Part shown: in pieces, positions 8,108-17,254 of the stretch
Layout: each line of letters begins with the position of its first letter
How positions within the stretch are numbered: the first letter of the stretch is position 1
Assembly: GCA_015064085.1 (NCBI GenBank)
Contig: SVSX01000004.1
Span: 1,528-65,527, forward strand
Origin: Oscillospiraceae bacterium
GTDB lineage: Bacteria; Bacillota; Clostridia; Oscillospirales; CAG-272
Length of the DNA stretch: 64,000 nucleotides
Reading direction: 5' to 3'
Notes under the pieces: generated by a model
What the model was told of the DNA's origin: nothing
The model's input: the letters and a program-made list of their open reading frames with translations, nothing else
Databases searched by the model: none
Position numbers and translations under genes: made by a program

Positions 8108-9793
8108 ATGGACACTAAAAAACTTGCTGAACTTCTCTTCCCGAACGTGGATAAGACCCCCGCGGATATGGAGGAGCTTTACCCCAGAAGAAATCTTCCC
8201 GAAGGAGCAAAGGTAACAAGGTTTGCTCCCAGCCCCACAGGCTTCGTTCACTTTGGAGGACTCTTCCCTTCAACCGTTGCGGAAAGACTCGCCCATCAGA
8301 GCGGCGGTGTTCTCTTCCTCAGAATTGAGGATACAGATGCCCGCAGAGAAGTTCCCGGTGCGGCTGAGGCGCTTATAAAAACTCTTGCGACCTACGGCGT
8401 AAATTTTGACGAGGGCGCTATTCTCGACGAAAGCGGAAAGGTATCCGACAAGGGTATTTACGGTCCTTACAAGCAGAGCCTTCGCGGACCTATTTACCAC
8501 GTTTTCGCCAAGCAGCTTGTAGCCGAGGGCAAGGCATATCCCTGCTTTACCGATGCTTCCGAGCTTGAGGAGCTCCTTTCGGTAAACAAAAAGGAAGAAA
8601 TAAAGAACACCGACTGGCAGGCTGAAGCCGAGGCAAGACGTGAGCAGATGCTGAAGGCAAGAGAGATCACAATGGAAGAGGTAGAGAAAAACCTTGCGGC
8701 GGGTAACCCCTTCGTGCTCAGAATACTCGCTGACGGAGACGGAGAACGAAAGATAAAATTCACCGACCTTGTAAAAGGCAATATGGAGATCCCCGAAAAC
8801 GACGAGGACTTCGTGCTTCTTAAGTCCGACGGTATCCCCACATATCACTTTGCTCACGCGGTTGACGACCACCTTATGGGTACGACACACGTTATACGCG
8901 GTGAGGAATGGCTTCCCAGCCTCGCAAAGCACATTCAGCTTTTCAGATATCTTGGCTTCAAGCTTCCTAAGTTCCTCCACATCGCGCAGATCATGCGACT
9001 TGACGAGAACGGAAACAAGAAAAAGCTCTCCAAAAGAGATATGGGAGCAAATATGGATGACTACACCGAAATGGGATACTGCCCCGAGGCTGTCTGTGAG
9101 TACGTTATGACCCTCCTCAACTCCAATTACGAGGAGTGGAGAATGCAGAATCCCGACAAGCCTTATACCGACTTCCCCTTCAACATCAAGAAGATGTCGG
9201 TCTCGGGTTGTCTCTTTGACTTCGCAAAGCTTGAGGACGTGTCTAAAAACGTAATCTCCAAGATGGATGCCGAAAAGGTCACAAATGAGGTAACAGCCTG
9301 GGCTCTCGCATTCGACAAGCCCTTTGGTGAGGTTCTCGCAAACAATAAGGATATGGCAAAGGCTATCTTCTCTATCGGAAGAGGCGGAAAGAAGCCGAGA
9401 AAGGATCTTGCTACCTGGAAGGACGCAAAGGGATATATGGGATTCTTCTTCGACGAGTTCTACAGTGTCGAGACAGAATACCCCGAGAAGTTCTCACGCG
9501 AGGATATCAAGGCTGTCCTTTCGGAGTTCGTTGAAGGCTTTGATATGAGCGACGATATGAATGTCTGGTTCGACAAGATAAAGGCGATCGCCGAGAAGCA
9601 CGGATACACCACAGATATGAAGGCGTATAAGGCAGACCCCGATGCCTTCAAGGGCAACGTCGCCGACGTAAGTATGTTCATTCGCCTTGCGGTTACGGGA
9701 AAGATGAATTCCCCCGATATGTACGCGGTAATGCAGATACTCGGCAAGGATAAGGTAACCGAAAGAATAACAAAAATGGCAAATACACTTTAA
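8108..9793 (+). CDS. gltX: glutamate--tRNA ligase (long clostridial/bacteroidal type)
   Basis: RFAPSPTGFVHFGG (HIGH-like), RIEDTD, KLSKRD (KMSKS-like). 561 aa. Confidence 0.88.
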   Translation: MDTKKLAELLFPNVDKTPADMEELYPRRNLPEGAKVTRFAPSPTGFVHFGGLFPSTVAERLAHQSGGVLFLRIEDTDARREVPGAAEALIKTLATYGVNFDEGAILDESGKVSDKGIYGPYKQSLRGPIYHVFAKQLVAEGKAYPCFTDASELEELLSVNKKEEIKNTDWQAEAEARREQMLKAREITMEEVEKNLAAGNPFVLRILADGDGERKIKFTDLVKGNMEIPENDEDFVLLKSDGIPTYHFAHAVDDHLMGTTHVIRGEEWLPSLAKHIQLFRYLGFKLPKFLHIAQIMRLDENGNKKKLSKRDMGANMDDYTEMGYCPEAVCEYVMTLLNSNYEEWRMQNPDKPYTDFPFNIKKMSVSGCLFDFAKLEDVSKNVISKMDAEKVTNEVTAWALAFDKPFGEVLANNKDMAKAIFSIGRGGKKPRKDLATWKDAKGYMGFFFDEFYSVETEYPEKFSREDIKAVLSEFVEGFDMSDDMNVWFDKIKAIAEKHGYTTDMKAYKADPDAFKGNVADVSMFIRLAVTGKMNSPDMYAVMQILGKDKVTERITKMANTL

Positions 9794-9817
9794 ATCTTCA
9801 AAAAGGAAGTTAAGATC

Positions 9818-11473
9818 ATGGAAGAAATCATTGCAGGTAATTTTATACACGACATCATCGATGCCGATCTCAGAGAAGATCCCAACATTAAGATCCACAC
9901 CCGTTTTCCTCCCGAGCCCAACGGATATCTTCACATAGGCTCGGCTAAGGCTATCCTCATAAACTATGAAACAGCAAAGAAATACGGCGGAAAATTCAAT
10001 CTCCGTTACGACGATACCAACCCCGCAAAGGAAGACACCGAATACGTTGAGTCTATCTACAACGACCTTATGTGGCTCGGAGCTGAGCCCGATGGCGGTA
10101 TCTTCTACGGCTCGGATTATTTCGACAAATGCTATGAATTCGCTATAAAACTCATCAAGGACGGCAAGGCGTACGTGTGCGATCTCAGCGCCGAGGAGAT
10201 GAAGGAGTATAGAGGAACACTCACCGAGGCGGGTAAGGAAAGCCCTTACAGGAACAGAACCGTTGAGGAAAACCTTGATCTCTTTGAGAGAATGAAGAAC
10301 GGTGAATTTCCCGACGGCTCGAGAACTCTTCGCGCGAAGATAGATATGTCGGCGTCCAACATCAATATGCGTGACCCCGCTATCTACAGAATAGTCCACA
10401 CCTCACACCACCGTCAGGGCGACAAGTGGTGCATTTATCCCCTCTACGACTACGCCCATCCTATTCAGGACGCTCTTGAAGGTATCACATATTCTCTTTG
10501 CTCTCTTGAATTTGAAAACCACAGACCTCTTTACGAGTGGGTAATAGACAATATCGGATTTGATCCCAAGCCCAAGCAGAGAGAGTTTGCGAGACTTAAC
10601 GTAACCAATACCGTTATGTCCAAGAGATATCTCCGTTATCTCGTTGAGAACGATATGGTAGACGGATGGGACGACCCGAGACTCCCCACAATATGCGCTC
10701 TCCGCAGAAGAGGCTATACTCCTTCCTCGATCTTCAACTTCGTAAGAGCCGCAGGTGTTTCCAAGGCAAACAGCCTTGTTGATATCGATATGCTTGAGCA
10801 CTCTATCCGCGAGGAGCTCAACGCTACCGCCGAGAGAAGAATAGCTATTGAAACCCCAATAAAGCTCGTTATCACAAACTATCCCGAGGATAAGACCGAG
10901 TATTTTGATCTCCCCAACAATCCTCAGAATCCCGAAGCGGGTACAAGAGCCCTTCCCTTCACAAGAGAGGTATATATCGACGCGTCGGATTTCGCCGAAG
11001 TACCGCCTCCAAAGTTCTTCAGACTCAAGCCCGAGGGCGAGGTCAGACTTATGGGCGCTTATATAGTTAAATGCGGCGAGATAATCAAGAACGAGGACGG
11101 AAGCATCAAGGAGATCCACTGCACCGCCGATCTCGAAACGAGAAACGGAAATCCCACGGACGGAAGAAAGATCAAGGGTACTATCCACTGGCTCTCAGTT
11201 CCCTACGCTAAGGACGCTACACTTATGCTTTACGACAAGCTCTTTACCATCGAAAACGTAAACGCGATCCCAGAGGATAAGACATATAACGACTACCTTA
11301 ATCCTGAATCCCTCAAGGTCGTAAGCACAGCGAAGGTTGAGCCCTCTCTTGCCGATGCCAAGGCGGGAGAGAGATTCCAGTTCGTCCGCAACGGTTACTT
11401 CTGCAAGGATACAAAGCACGAAAACACCTTCAATAGAGTTGTCGGTCTTAAGGACAGCTTCCCCAAAAAATAA
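9818..11473 (+). CDS. glnS: glutamine--tRNA ligase
   Basis: TRFPPEPNGYLHIGSAKA, NLRYDDTNP, VMSKRYL. 551 aa, typical GlnRS length. Confidence 0.93.
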   Translation: MEEIIAGNFIHDIIDADLREDPNIKIHTRFPPEPNGYLHIGSAKAILINYETAKKYGGKFNLRYDDTNPAKEDTEYVESIYNDLMWLGAEPDGGIFYGSDYFDKCYEFAIKLIKDGKAYVCDLSAEEMKEYRGTLTEAGKESPYRNRTVEENLDLFERMKNGEFPDGSRTLRAKIDMSASNINMRDPAIYRIVHTSHHRQGDKWCIYPLYDYAHPIQDALEGITYSLCSLEFENHRPLYEWVIDNIGFDPKPKQREFARLNVTNTVMSKRYLRYLVENDMVDGWDDPRLPTICALRRRGYTPSSIFNFVRAAGVSKANSLVDIDMLEHSIREELNATAERRIAIETPIKLVITNYPEDKTEYFDLPNNPQNPEAGTRALPFTREVYIDASDFAEVPPPKFFRLKPEGEVRLMGAYIVKCGEIIKNEDGSIKEIHCTADLETRNGNPTDGRKIKGTIHWLSVPYAKDATLMLYDKLFTIENVNAIPEDKTYNDYLNPESLKVVSTAKVEPSLADAKAGERFQFVRNGYFCKDTKHENTFNRVVGLKDSFPKK

Positions 11474-11484
11474 CGATATAAAAT

Positions 11485-11511
11485 CGTACGCCCACTTAGG
11501 GTGGGCGTACG
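11485..11511 (+). terminator. GC-rich hairpin after glnS (possible terminator; no U-tract)
   Basis: CGTACGCCCAC-TTAGG-GTGGGCGTACG, an 11-bp perfect stem. It is followed by TGAACAGG rather than a T-run. Confidence 0.35.
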
Positions 11512-11527
11512 TGAACAGGATTAAGAT

Positions 11528-11824
11528 ATGCTCGATTTTGTTTTCGAACCGAAATTTTTCATACCCGCTATCTATATTGCCGCTATTTCCCTGATATCAA
11601 TTATAGTTTGTTGCTACGACAAATTCGCGGCAAAGCACATTCAGAAGCACAGGACAAGAGAATCGACCCTTCTTGCCCTCAGCGCCCTTGGCGGCTCTGT
11701 GGCAATGCTCCTTTGTATGCTTCTTATCAGACACAAGACCAAACACAAAAAGTTTATGATCGGAATTCCGCTCATAATAATACTACAGGTGACTCTTGCT
11801 GTCGCGCTTATTATCTTGATATAA
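11528..11824 (+). CDS. DUF1294-family small membrane protein
   Basis: 98 aa. YDKFAAK...RTRESTLLALSALGGSVAMLLCMLLIRHKTKH matches my memory of DUF1294. Three predicted TM segments. Confidence 0.7.
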   Translation: MLDFVFEPKFFIPAIYIAAISLISIIVCCYDKFAAKHIQKHRTRESTLLALSALGGSVAMLLCMLLIRHKTKHKKFMIGIPLIIILQVTLAVALIILI

Positions 11825-11844
11825 GCTACTGAAAGGAAGAAAAA

Positions 11845-13461
11845 ATGAATCAGGATTTCACAAATTTCAGTTTGATATTTCCCGATGCCGCGTCGCAGAC
11901 CGCTCACTACAGCGGTAAGGACGTTCCGGATATAAATATGTTTGCCCTTGAGGAGCTTGGTCTTCTTGAGGTGTTCAGCCTTAAAAGCAGCGATCTTGAC
12001 GAGTATTTTACAATGGACCCCAAGGTAATAAAGTACCGTATGGACGTCTTCAGTGATATGCTCGAATGCCCCGAGATCGCCAAGACCCTCAACAGACTCA
12101 TCCCCATACTTACCGATATTATGGAGCTCAGACGCCTTGAAGCGGATAACGGAGACACATCCTCTTATCTCGAAAGCATAACAGAGATAGAGCTTTATAT
12201 CTCCTGCATCGAGACCCTTGAAAGCGGTCTTTCCTCTATACGCGGCAAGCTGAGGAGCAGCTCGTTCATTACCCTCGCAGACAGAATACACGAGCTGGCA
12301 ACCAGCGAATATTACGTCGACCTCAACTCGAAGCTCTCAGAGCTTACAAACAGAGTACGAGAAATAAAAAGCGTCACTATCGGAGTTAATCTCGACTCTC
12401 AGCTCCGCCCCTCAAGCGCGGGCGTGCTCTCTATAAACTCGGAGTCCTTCCGCTCGGGCGACGTTATAGATAAGATACTCAGACTCAACTTCAAGGACGA
12501 TGAATATACCTGTATTGCAGATCTCGTTCCCTTTGGCAAGAAGCAGTCGGAAAATCAGAAAACAGCACTCTCACTTGCCTTCAATTCCGCTATAAACGAG
12601 GTCTACAAGCAGTCGCTTCGCTCCTGGAAGAAGATCGTTCAGGCGTACGTTCTCGAGAATACCGATTTTCTCCTGAACCTTATGCCCGAGATCGAATTCC
12701 TTGTTAAGGGCACGGAGTTTATGAGACAGCTTGCCGACAGAGGCTGCGCTCTCTGTATTCCCGAGATCGCGGATATCGAAGAAAGATGCTTCCGCGCCAC
12801 GGGTCTCTACAATCCTTGTGTCGCGCTGAAGGTTGATGATGAGATAGTTACAAATGATATTGCCTTTGATGCTGATAACGCAAGAATTTACGTTTTGACA
12901 GGTCCTAACCGCGGAGGTAAATCGGTCATTACCTGCGCTATCGGTATATCCCAGGCGCTTATGCAGCTTGGTATGTTTGTCCCCGCGGATTCGGTTACAA
13001 TGAGTGTTGCCGATGCGATATTCACTCACTTCCCCACGGGCGCTGACGATACCATAGACAAGGGTAGGCTCGGTGAGGAATGTGCTCGTCTCGGCGAAAT
13101 ATTTGACGCCGTTACAAAATACAGCCTTGTGTTGCTTGACGAATCACTCTCCTCCACAGGCTCGTACGAGGCTTCCTATATAGCCGCCGAGGTCCTTTCG
13201 GGTCTCAGCCACGTTGGCTGTAGATGCCTCTTCTCGACTCATCTGCACGAGCTCGCCGCCGAGATAGACGCTATAAATGAAAAAACAGCGCCTGTCGGCG
13301 GAGCTGTTATAGACACTCTTGTGGCGGGTATCGAAGAAGGAAAGCGCTCTTTCAAGATCGTAAGAGCAAAACCCGACGGAAAGAGCTACGCAAGGGATAT
13401 CGCCGATAAATACGGTCTCTCTTACGAAAATATTCTTAAAAAGATAAGCTCCAATTGCTAG
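11845..13461 (+). CDS. MutS-related ATPase lacking the mismatch-binding domain (MutS domain III/V only)
   Basis: Walker A LTGPNRGGKS, Walker B LVLLDESLSSTG, signature FSTHLHEL. No N-terminal GxFYE mismatch domain and no C-terminal Smr domain. 538 aa. Confidence 0.8.
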   Translation: MNQDFTNFSLIFPDAASQTAHYSGKDVPDINMFALEELGLLEVFSLKSSDLDEYFTMDPKVIKYRMDVFSDMLECPEIAKTLNRLIPILTDIMELRRLEADNGDTSSYLESITEIELYISCIETLESGLSSIRGKLRSSSFITLADRIHELATSEYYVDLNSKLSELTNRVREIKSVTIGVNLDSQLRPSSAGVLSINSESFRSGDVIDKILRLNFKDDEYTCIADLVPFGKKQSENQKTALSLAFNSAINEVYKQSLRSWKKIVQAYVLENTDFLLNLMPEIEFLVKGTEFMRQLADRGCALCIPEIADIEERCFRATGLYNPCVALKVDDEIVTNDIAFDADNARIYVLTGPNRGGKSVITCAIGISQALMQLGMFVPADSVTMSVADAIFTHFPTGADDTIDKGRLGEECARLGEIFDAVTKYSLVLLDESLSSTGSYEASYIAAEVLSGLSHVGCRCLFSTHLHELAAEIDAINEKTAPVGGAVIDTLVAGIEEGKRSFKIVRAKPDGKSYARDIADKYGLSYENILKKISSNC

Positions 13462-13476
13462 AAAGGAGAACACTAT

Positions 13477-13959
13477 ATGAAAAATAATGAGTTGCTGAAA
13501 ATGCTTGAAAACAACGCAAGACTTACAGACAAACAGCTTGCTGTAATGCTTGATAAGGATGAGGCTGAGATATCAGCGGAGATCGATAATCTCGAAGCCA
13601 ATGGAACTATCCTTGGTTACAAAACGATTATCGACTGGGAAAAAACCGAAAAGGAATCTGTCACGGCAATGATCGAGGTAAGACTCACGCCTCAGAAGGA
13701 CCGCGGATTTGACAGAGTTGCGGAAAAGATATACAACTACCCCGAGGTGCAGGCGGTCTACCTTATGTCGGGCGCTTACGACCTTTCTGTACTTATCGAG
13801 GGAAAGACTATGAAGGAGGTCGCCTTCTTCGTTTCGCAGAAGCTTTCAACCATCGATTCGGTAATTTCCACAGCCACACACTTTGTTCTTCACAAATACA
13901 AGGACAAGGGAGTTCTTTACGACACCGCTGAAAAAGATGAAAGGGGAACTTTTAACTGA
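13477..13959 (+). CDS. Lrp/AsnC family transcriptional regulator
   Basis: 160 aa. N-terminal HTH (LENNARLTDKQLAVML) followed by a RAM/ACT-like domain. The stop overlaps the start of the next gene. Confidence 0.85.
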   Translation: MKNNELLKMLENNARLTDKQLAVMLDKDEAEISAEIDNLEANGTILGYKTIIDWEKTEKESVTAMIEVRLTPQKDRGFDRVAEKIYNYPEVQAVYLMSGAYDLSVLIEGKTMKEVAFFVSQKLSTIDSVISTATHFVLHKYKDKGVLYDTAEKDERGTFN

Positions 13960-15131
13960 TGATAGATTATAACAAGGTCCTTTCAAAAACAGTTGTCAAC
14001 ACCCCCAAGTCGGGAATCAGAAAATTCTTCGACCTTATGAACACAATGGAGGATGTTGTAGGTCTTACCGTTGGTGAGCCTGATTTTCAGACACCTTGGC
14101 ACATCAGAGAAGCAGGTATTACAAGCCTTGAAAAGGGCAAAACCTACTATACCGCCAATGCGGGTCTCACAGAGCTTCGCCACGAGATCAATAATTATAT
14201 GACAAGACGCTTCGGAATATCATATATTCCCGAAAAGGAGGTCATTGTTACCGTCGGCGGCAGTGAGGCAATCGATATTGCCTTCCGATCTGTTATCGAG
14301 CCCGGCGACGAGGTCATCGTTCCCACCCCCTCATTCGTCTGCTACGCGCCTCTCGCGAGAATGTCGGGAGCTAATCCCGTTATTCTTGAAACCAAGCTTG
14401 AGGACAATTTCAAGATAAACCCCGAAGCGCTGAAGGCAGCTATTACAAGCAAGACCAAGCTGCTCGTTCTTCCCTATCCCAACAATCCCACAGGCGCGAT
14501 TATGACAAAGAGTGAGCTTGAGGAGATAGCCGAGATCCTTCGCGACACAAATATCCTCGTGCTTTCCGACGAGATCTACGCCGAGCTTACCTACACGGGA
14601 GATCATTGCTCGATAGCTTCTCTCGAGGGTATGAGGGAAAGAACCATAATAGCCAGCGGATTTTCCAAGGCATACGCTATGACAGGCTGGAGACTCGGAT
14701 ATATTTGCGCTCCCGCTCCCCTCGCCGAGCAGATGCTGAAGATCCACCAATACGGCATTATGTCCTCCCCCACGACCTCTCAGTTTGCGGCGATCGAGGC
14801 ACTGAGAAACGGAGACGACGACATAGCTATGATGCGCGACGAATATAACCGCCGCCGCAGATATATCTATAACGGACTCAAGAGCATAGGTATCGATTCC
14901 TTTGAGCCCGAGGGCGCATTCTATATCTTCCCTAAGATAGGCGAATTCGGAATATCGGGTGAAGAATTCTGCAGCAAGCTCCTTTACGACTATAAGTGCG
15001 CTATCGTTCCCGGTAACGCATTCGGAGAAAGCGGAGACGGATTTGCGAGAATATCCTACGCATATTCTATAAAGCATATCACACAGGCACTTGAACGTAT
15101 CGAGGCGTTTGTGCAATCCTTGAAAAAATAA
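13959..15131 (+). CDS. class I/II PLP-dependent aminotransferase (AspC/AlaT-like)
   Basis: VGEPDFQTP, NNPTG, SGFSKAYAMTGWRLGY (PLP lysine), RISYA C-terminus. Confidence 0.9.
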   Translation: MIDYNKVLSKTVVNTPKSGIRKFFDLMNTMEDVVGLTVGEPDFQTPWHIREAGITSLEKGKTYYTANAGLTELRHEINNYMTRRFGISYIPEKEVIVTVGGSEAIDIAFRSVIEPGDEVIVPTPSFVCYAPLARMSGANPVILETKLEDNFKINPEALKAAITSKTKLLVLPYPNNPTGAIMTKSELEEIAEILRDTNILVLSDEIYAELTYTGDHCSIASLEGMRERTIIASGFSKAYAMTGWRLGYICAPAPLAEQMLKIHQYGIMSSPTTSQFAAIEALRNGDDDIAMMRDEYNRRRRYIYNGLKSIGIDSFEPEGAFYIFPKIGEFGISGEEFCSKLLYDYKCAIVPGNAFGESGDGFARISYAYSIKHITQALERIEAFVQSLKK

Positions 15132-15137
15132 AAGCTC

Positions 15138-15173
15138 GGGGCTGTCACATCATTATTCGTATGTGACAGCCCC
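15138..15173. terminator. bidirectional hairpin between the aminotransferase and araC-family genes
   Basis: GGGGCTGTCACAT, a 10-nt loop, then ATGTGACAGCCCC. It overlaps the last codons of the minus-strand AraC gene. The stem start resembles the GCTGTCTCAAAT family. Confidence 0.6.
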
Positions 15174-16106
15174 GTTTCTATATTCTCTTGGAGATTGCCC
15201 CATCTGCCGCTTGAAGGTTCTGCTGAAAAGCTGCGGATCATCATATCCCACAAGAGCACCAATCTGCTTGATATTCATATCGGTATTGCAAAGATAGTCG
15301 CAGGCGATCCTTACGCGAAGGGAGATTATATATTCTGAGGGAGACATTCCCATAAGCTCGTTAAAGATCACAATATATCTTGAGTTGCTCAGATTTTCAA
15401 TTCTTGCAAGGTCGGGAATTCTGAGATTTGTGTTATAGGCAGAATGAATATATCCGAGAGAACGCTCAAGTGTTCGTCCTATGGGCATTTCCCCTTCGAT
15501 AGACGAAGAAACGGTAAGCAAAAGATGCTCAAGAGCACAGCCGAGCTCTCTGTCTCTCAGAGCGCCTCTTTTCTCAAATATTTCAAATATACGGTTAAAT
15601 TCTATATGGATGCTGTTATCGGATCTCAGCTTTGTGATCAAAGGGAGAGGAGAGAGACCTATCTCGGAAAGAAGCATCGATGCGTAAGATCCTGTAAAAT
15701 GTACCCAATAATATGAGAGCTCACTGTCCGCGCGATAGCAATATTTATAGTGATATTTAGGCGGAAAAAGAATTATATTTCCCGCCTCCACCACCTCGGC
15801 GCTCTTTTGCATATCTATTTCCATTGCTCCGCGCAGCATATATATAAGGTAATAATCCTCCCTCCCCGAAGGATTGTCGGTAGTAAAAGGTATGGTAGCC
15901 GATAGTTTCCCCGCGCAGTTCACCGTTAATGGATACTTATTGGATTCATTGCTGCACAGATCTAGGCTGTTTTTTGTGCTGAGATCATCAAAGGCATAAT
16001 AACAAAGTGATTTCAAAACGTCACCTCTCAAAACAGTAAAATAGTCCACTTTTTCAGTAAAATATTTAATGGACATTTGCTTGAATTTATTATATAATAT
16101 TACCAT
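15153..16106 (-). CDS. AraC family transcriptional regulator
   Basis: N-terminal cupin-like sugar-binding domain. C-terminal double HTH (IKQIGALVGYDDPQLFSRTFKRQMGQSPREYR). Possible alternative start at Met11. Confidence 0.9.
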   Translation of the reverse strand: MVILYNKFKQMSIKYFTEKVDYFTVLRGDVLKSLCYYAFDDLSTKNSLDLCSNESNKYPLTVNCAGKLSATIPFTTDNPSGREDYYLIYMLRGAMEIDMQKSAEVVEAGNIILFPPKYHYKYCYRADSELSYYWVHFTGSYASMLLSEIGLSPLPLITKLRSDNSIHIEFNRIFEIFEKRGALRDRELGCALEHLLLTVSSSIEGEMPIGRTLERSLGYIHSAYNTNLRIPDLARIENLSNSRYIVIFNELMGMSPSEYIISLRVRIACDYLCNTDMNIKQIGALVGYDDPQLFSRTFKRQMGQSPREYRNGAVTYE

Positions 16107-16151
16107 AATCTTGTCAAGTCAAAAATCAAATTTACATATTCGGAGAAAAAA

Positions 16152-17252
16152 ATGAACAAAAACTTTGATATAAATAAAGCATTGTCGGCTTTTTTTAAGG
16201 ATACCCCCTCATACTGTCAGCCCTACGGAAACGGTCATATCAACGATACCTTTTTAGTGGTTGCCGACAAACGATACATTATGCAGAGAATGAATACAGA
16301 TATATTTCCCTGCACCGAGAAGCTGATGGAAAATATCCTCGGCGTTACCGAGCATATAAGAAAAAAGACCGCCGAGCTTCACGGTGACGTTTCCCGTTCG
16401 ACTCTTGCGGTCTGTCCAACACTCTCGGGTCTCCCCTTCTTCCGAGACAGCGACGGCAACTGTTGGAGGGTTTATGAATTCACGGAGGGCACGGTATCTC
16501 TTGAAGCTGTACGTTCCAAAGAGGATTTTTACAATTGCGCCGAAGCCTTTGGAAGATTCCAACAGCTTCTCTCAGATTATCCCGCCGAAGAACTCTACAG
16601 TGTGATACCCAACTTTCACAATACTCCCGTAAGATATAACAATCTCATAAACGCGATTAAAAAAGATACGTACGGTCGCCTTGCGGAGGTCTCTCCCGAG
16701 GTTGATTTCGTCAAGGCAAGAGAGAGCTTTTGCCACACGCTTGAACATGCTTTTTCCGAGGGTACGCTTCCCCTTAGAGTCACCCATAACGACACAAAGC
16801 TCAATAATATTCTTTTTGATGAAAAAAGCGGAGAAGCCATCTGCGTAATAGATCTTGACACCGTTATGCCCGGGTACTCTGTAAACGATTTCGGTGATTC
16901 GATACGCTTCGGCGCGAACACCGCCGCCGAGGACGAGACCGATCTTTCAAAGGTCTCACTTGATCTCGATCTCTTTGAGGCATACGCCAAGGGATTTATC
17001 AAGGGCTGTGGCGGTAAGCTGACAGAAAAGGAGCTCGAGCTCCTCCCTGTGGGCGCTATGATGATGACTCTTGAATGCGGTATGAGATTCCTTACCGACT
17101 ATCTCGAGGGAGACGTTTATTTCAAAACACACCGTCAATGTCACAATCTTGACCGAGCAAGAGCTCAGTTCGCGTTGGTGGCAGATATGGAGCGCAAGAA
17201 AACACAAATGGACAACATAATCCTAAAGCTAAAAACAGAAGGAAGGAATTAA
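16152..17252 (+). CDS. NahK-like N-acetylhexosamine 1-kinase / APH-family sugar kinase
   Basis: Kinase catalytic loop VTHNDTKLNNILFD and IDLDTVMPG. The overall pattern matches NahK-type proteins as I recall them. Confidence 0.65.
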   Translation: MNKNFDINKALSAFFKDTPSYCQPYGNGHINDTFLVVADKRYIMQRMNTDIFPCTEKLMENILGVTEHIRKKTAELHGDVSRSTLAVCPTLSGLPFFRDSDGNCWRVYEFTEGTVSLEAVRSKEDFYNCAEAFGRFQQLLSDYPAEELYSVIPNFHNTPVRYNNLINAIKKDTYGRLAEVSPEVDFVKARESFCHTLEHAFSEGTLPLRVTHNDTKLNNILFDEKSGEAICVIDLDTVMPGYSVNDFGDSIRFGANTAAEDETDLSKVSLDLDLFEAYAKGFIKGCGGKLTEKELELLPVGAMMMTLECGMRFLTDYLEGDVYFKTHRQCHNLDRARAQFALVADMERKKTQMDNIILKLKTEGRN

Positions 17253-17254
17253 TT

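Noticed and set aside
9494-10399. 301-aa minus-strand ORF
   Set aside because: It is antisense to the gltX and glnS coding sequence and shows no family features. It is a shadow ORF in a purine-rich coding region.
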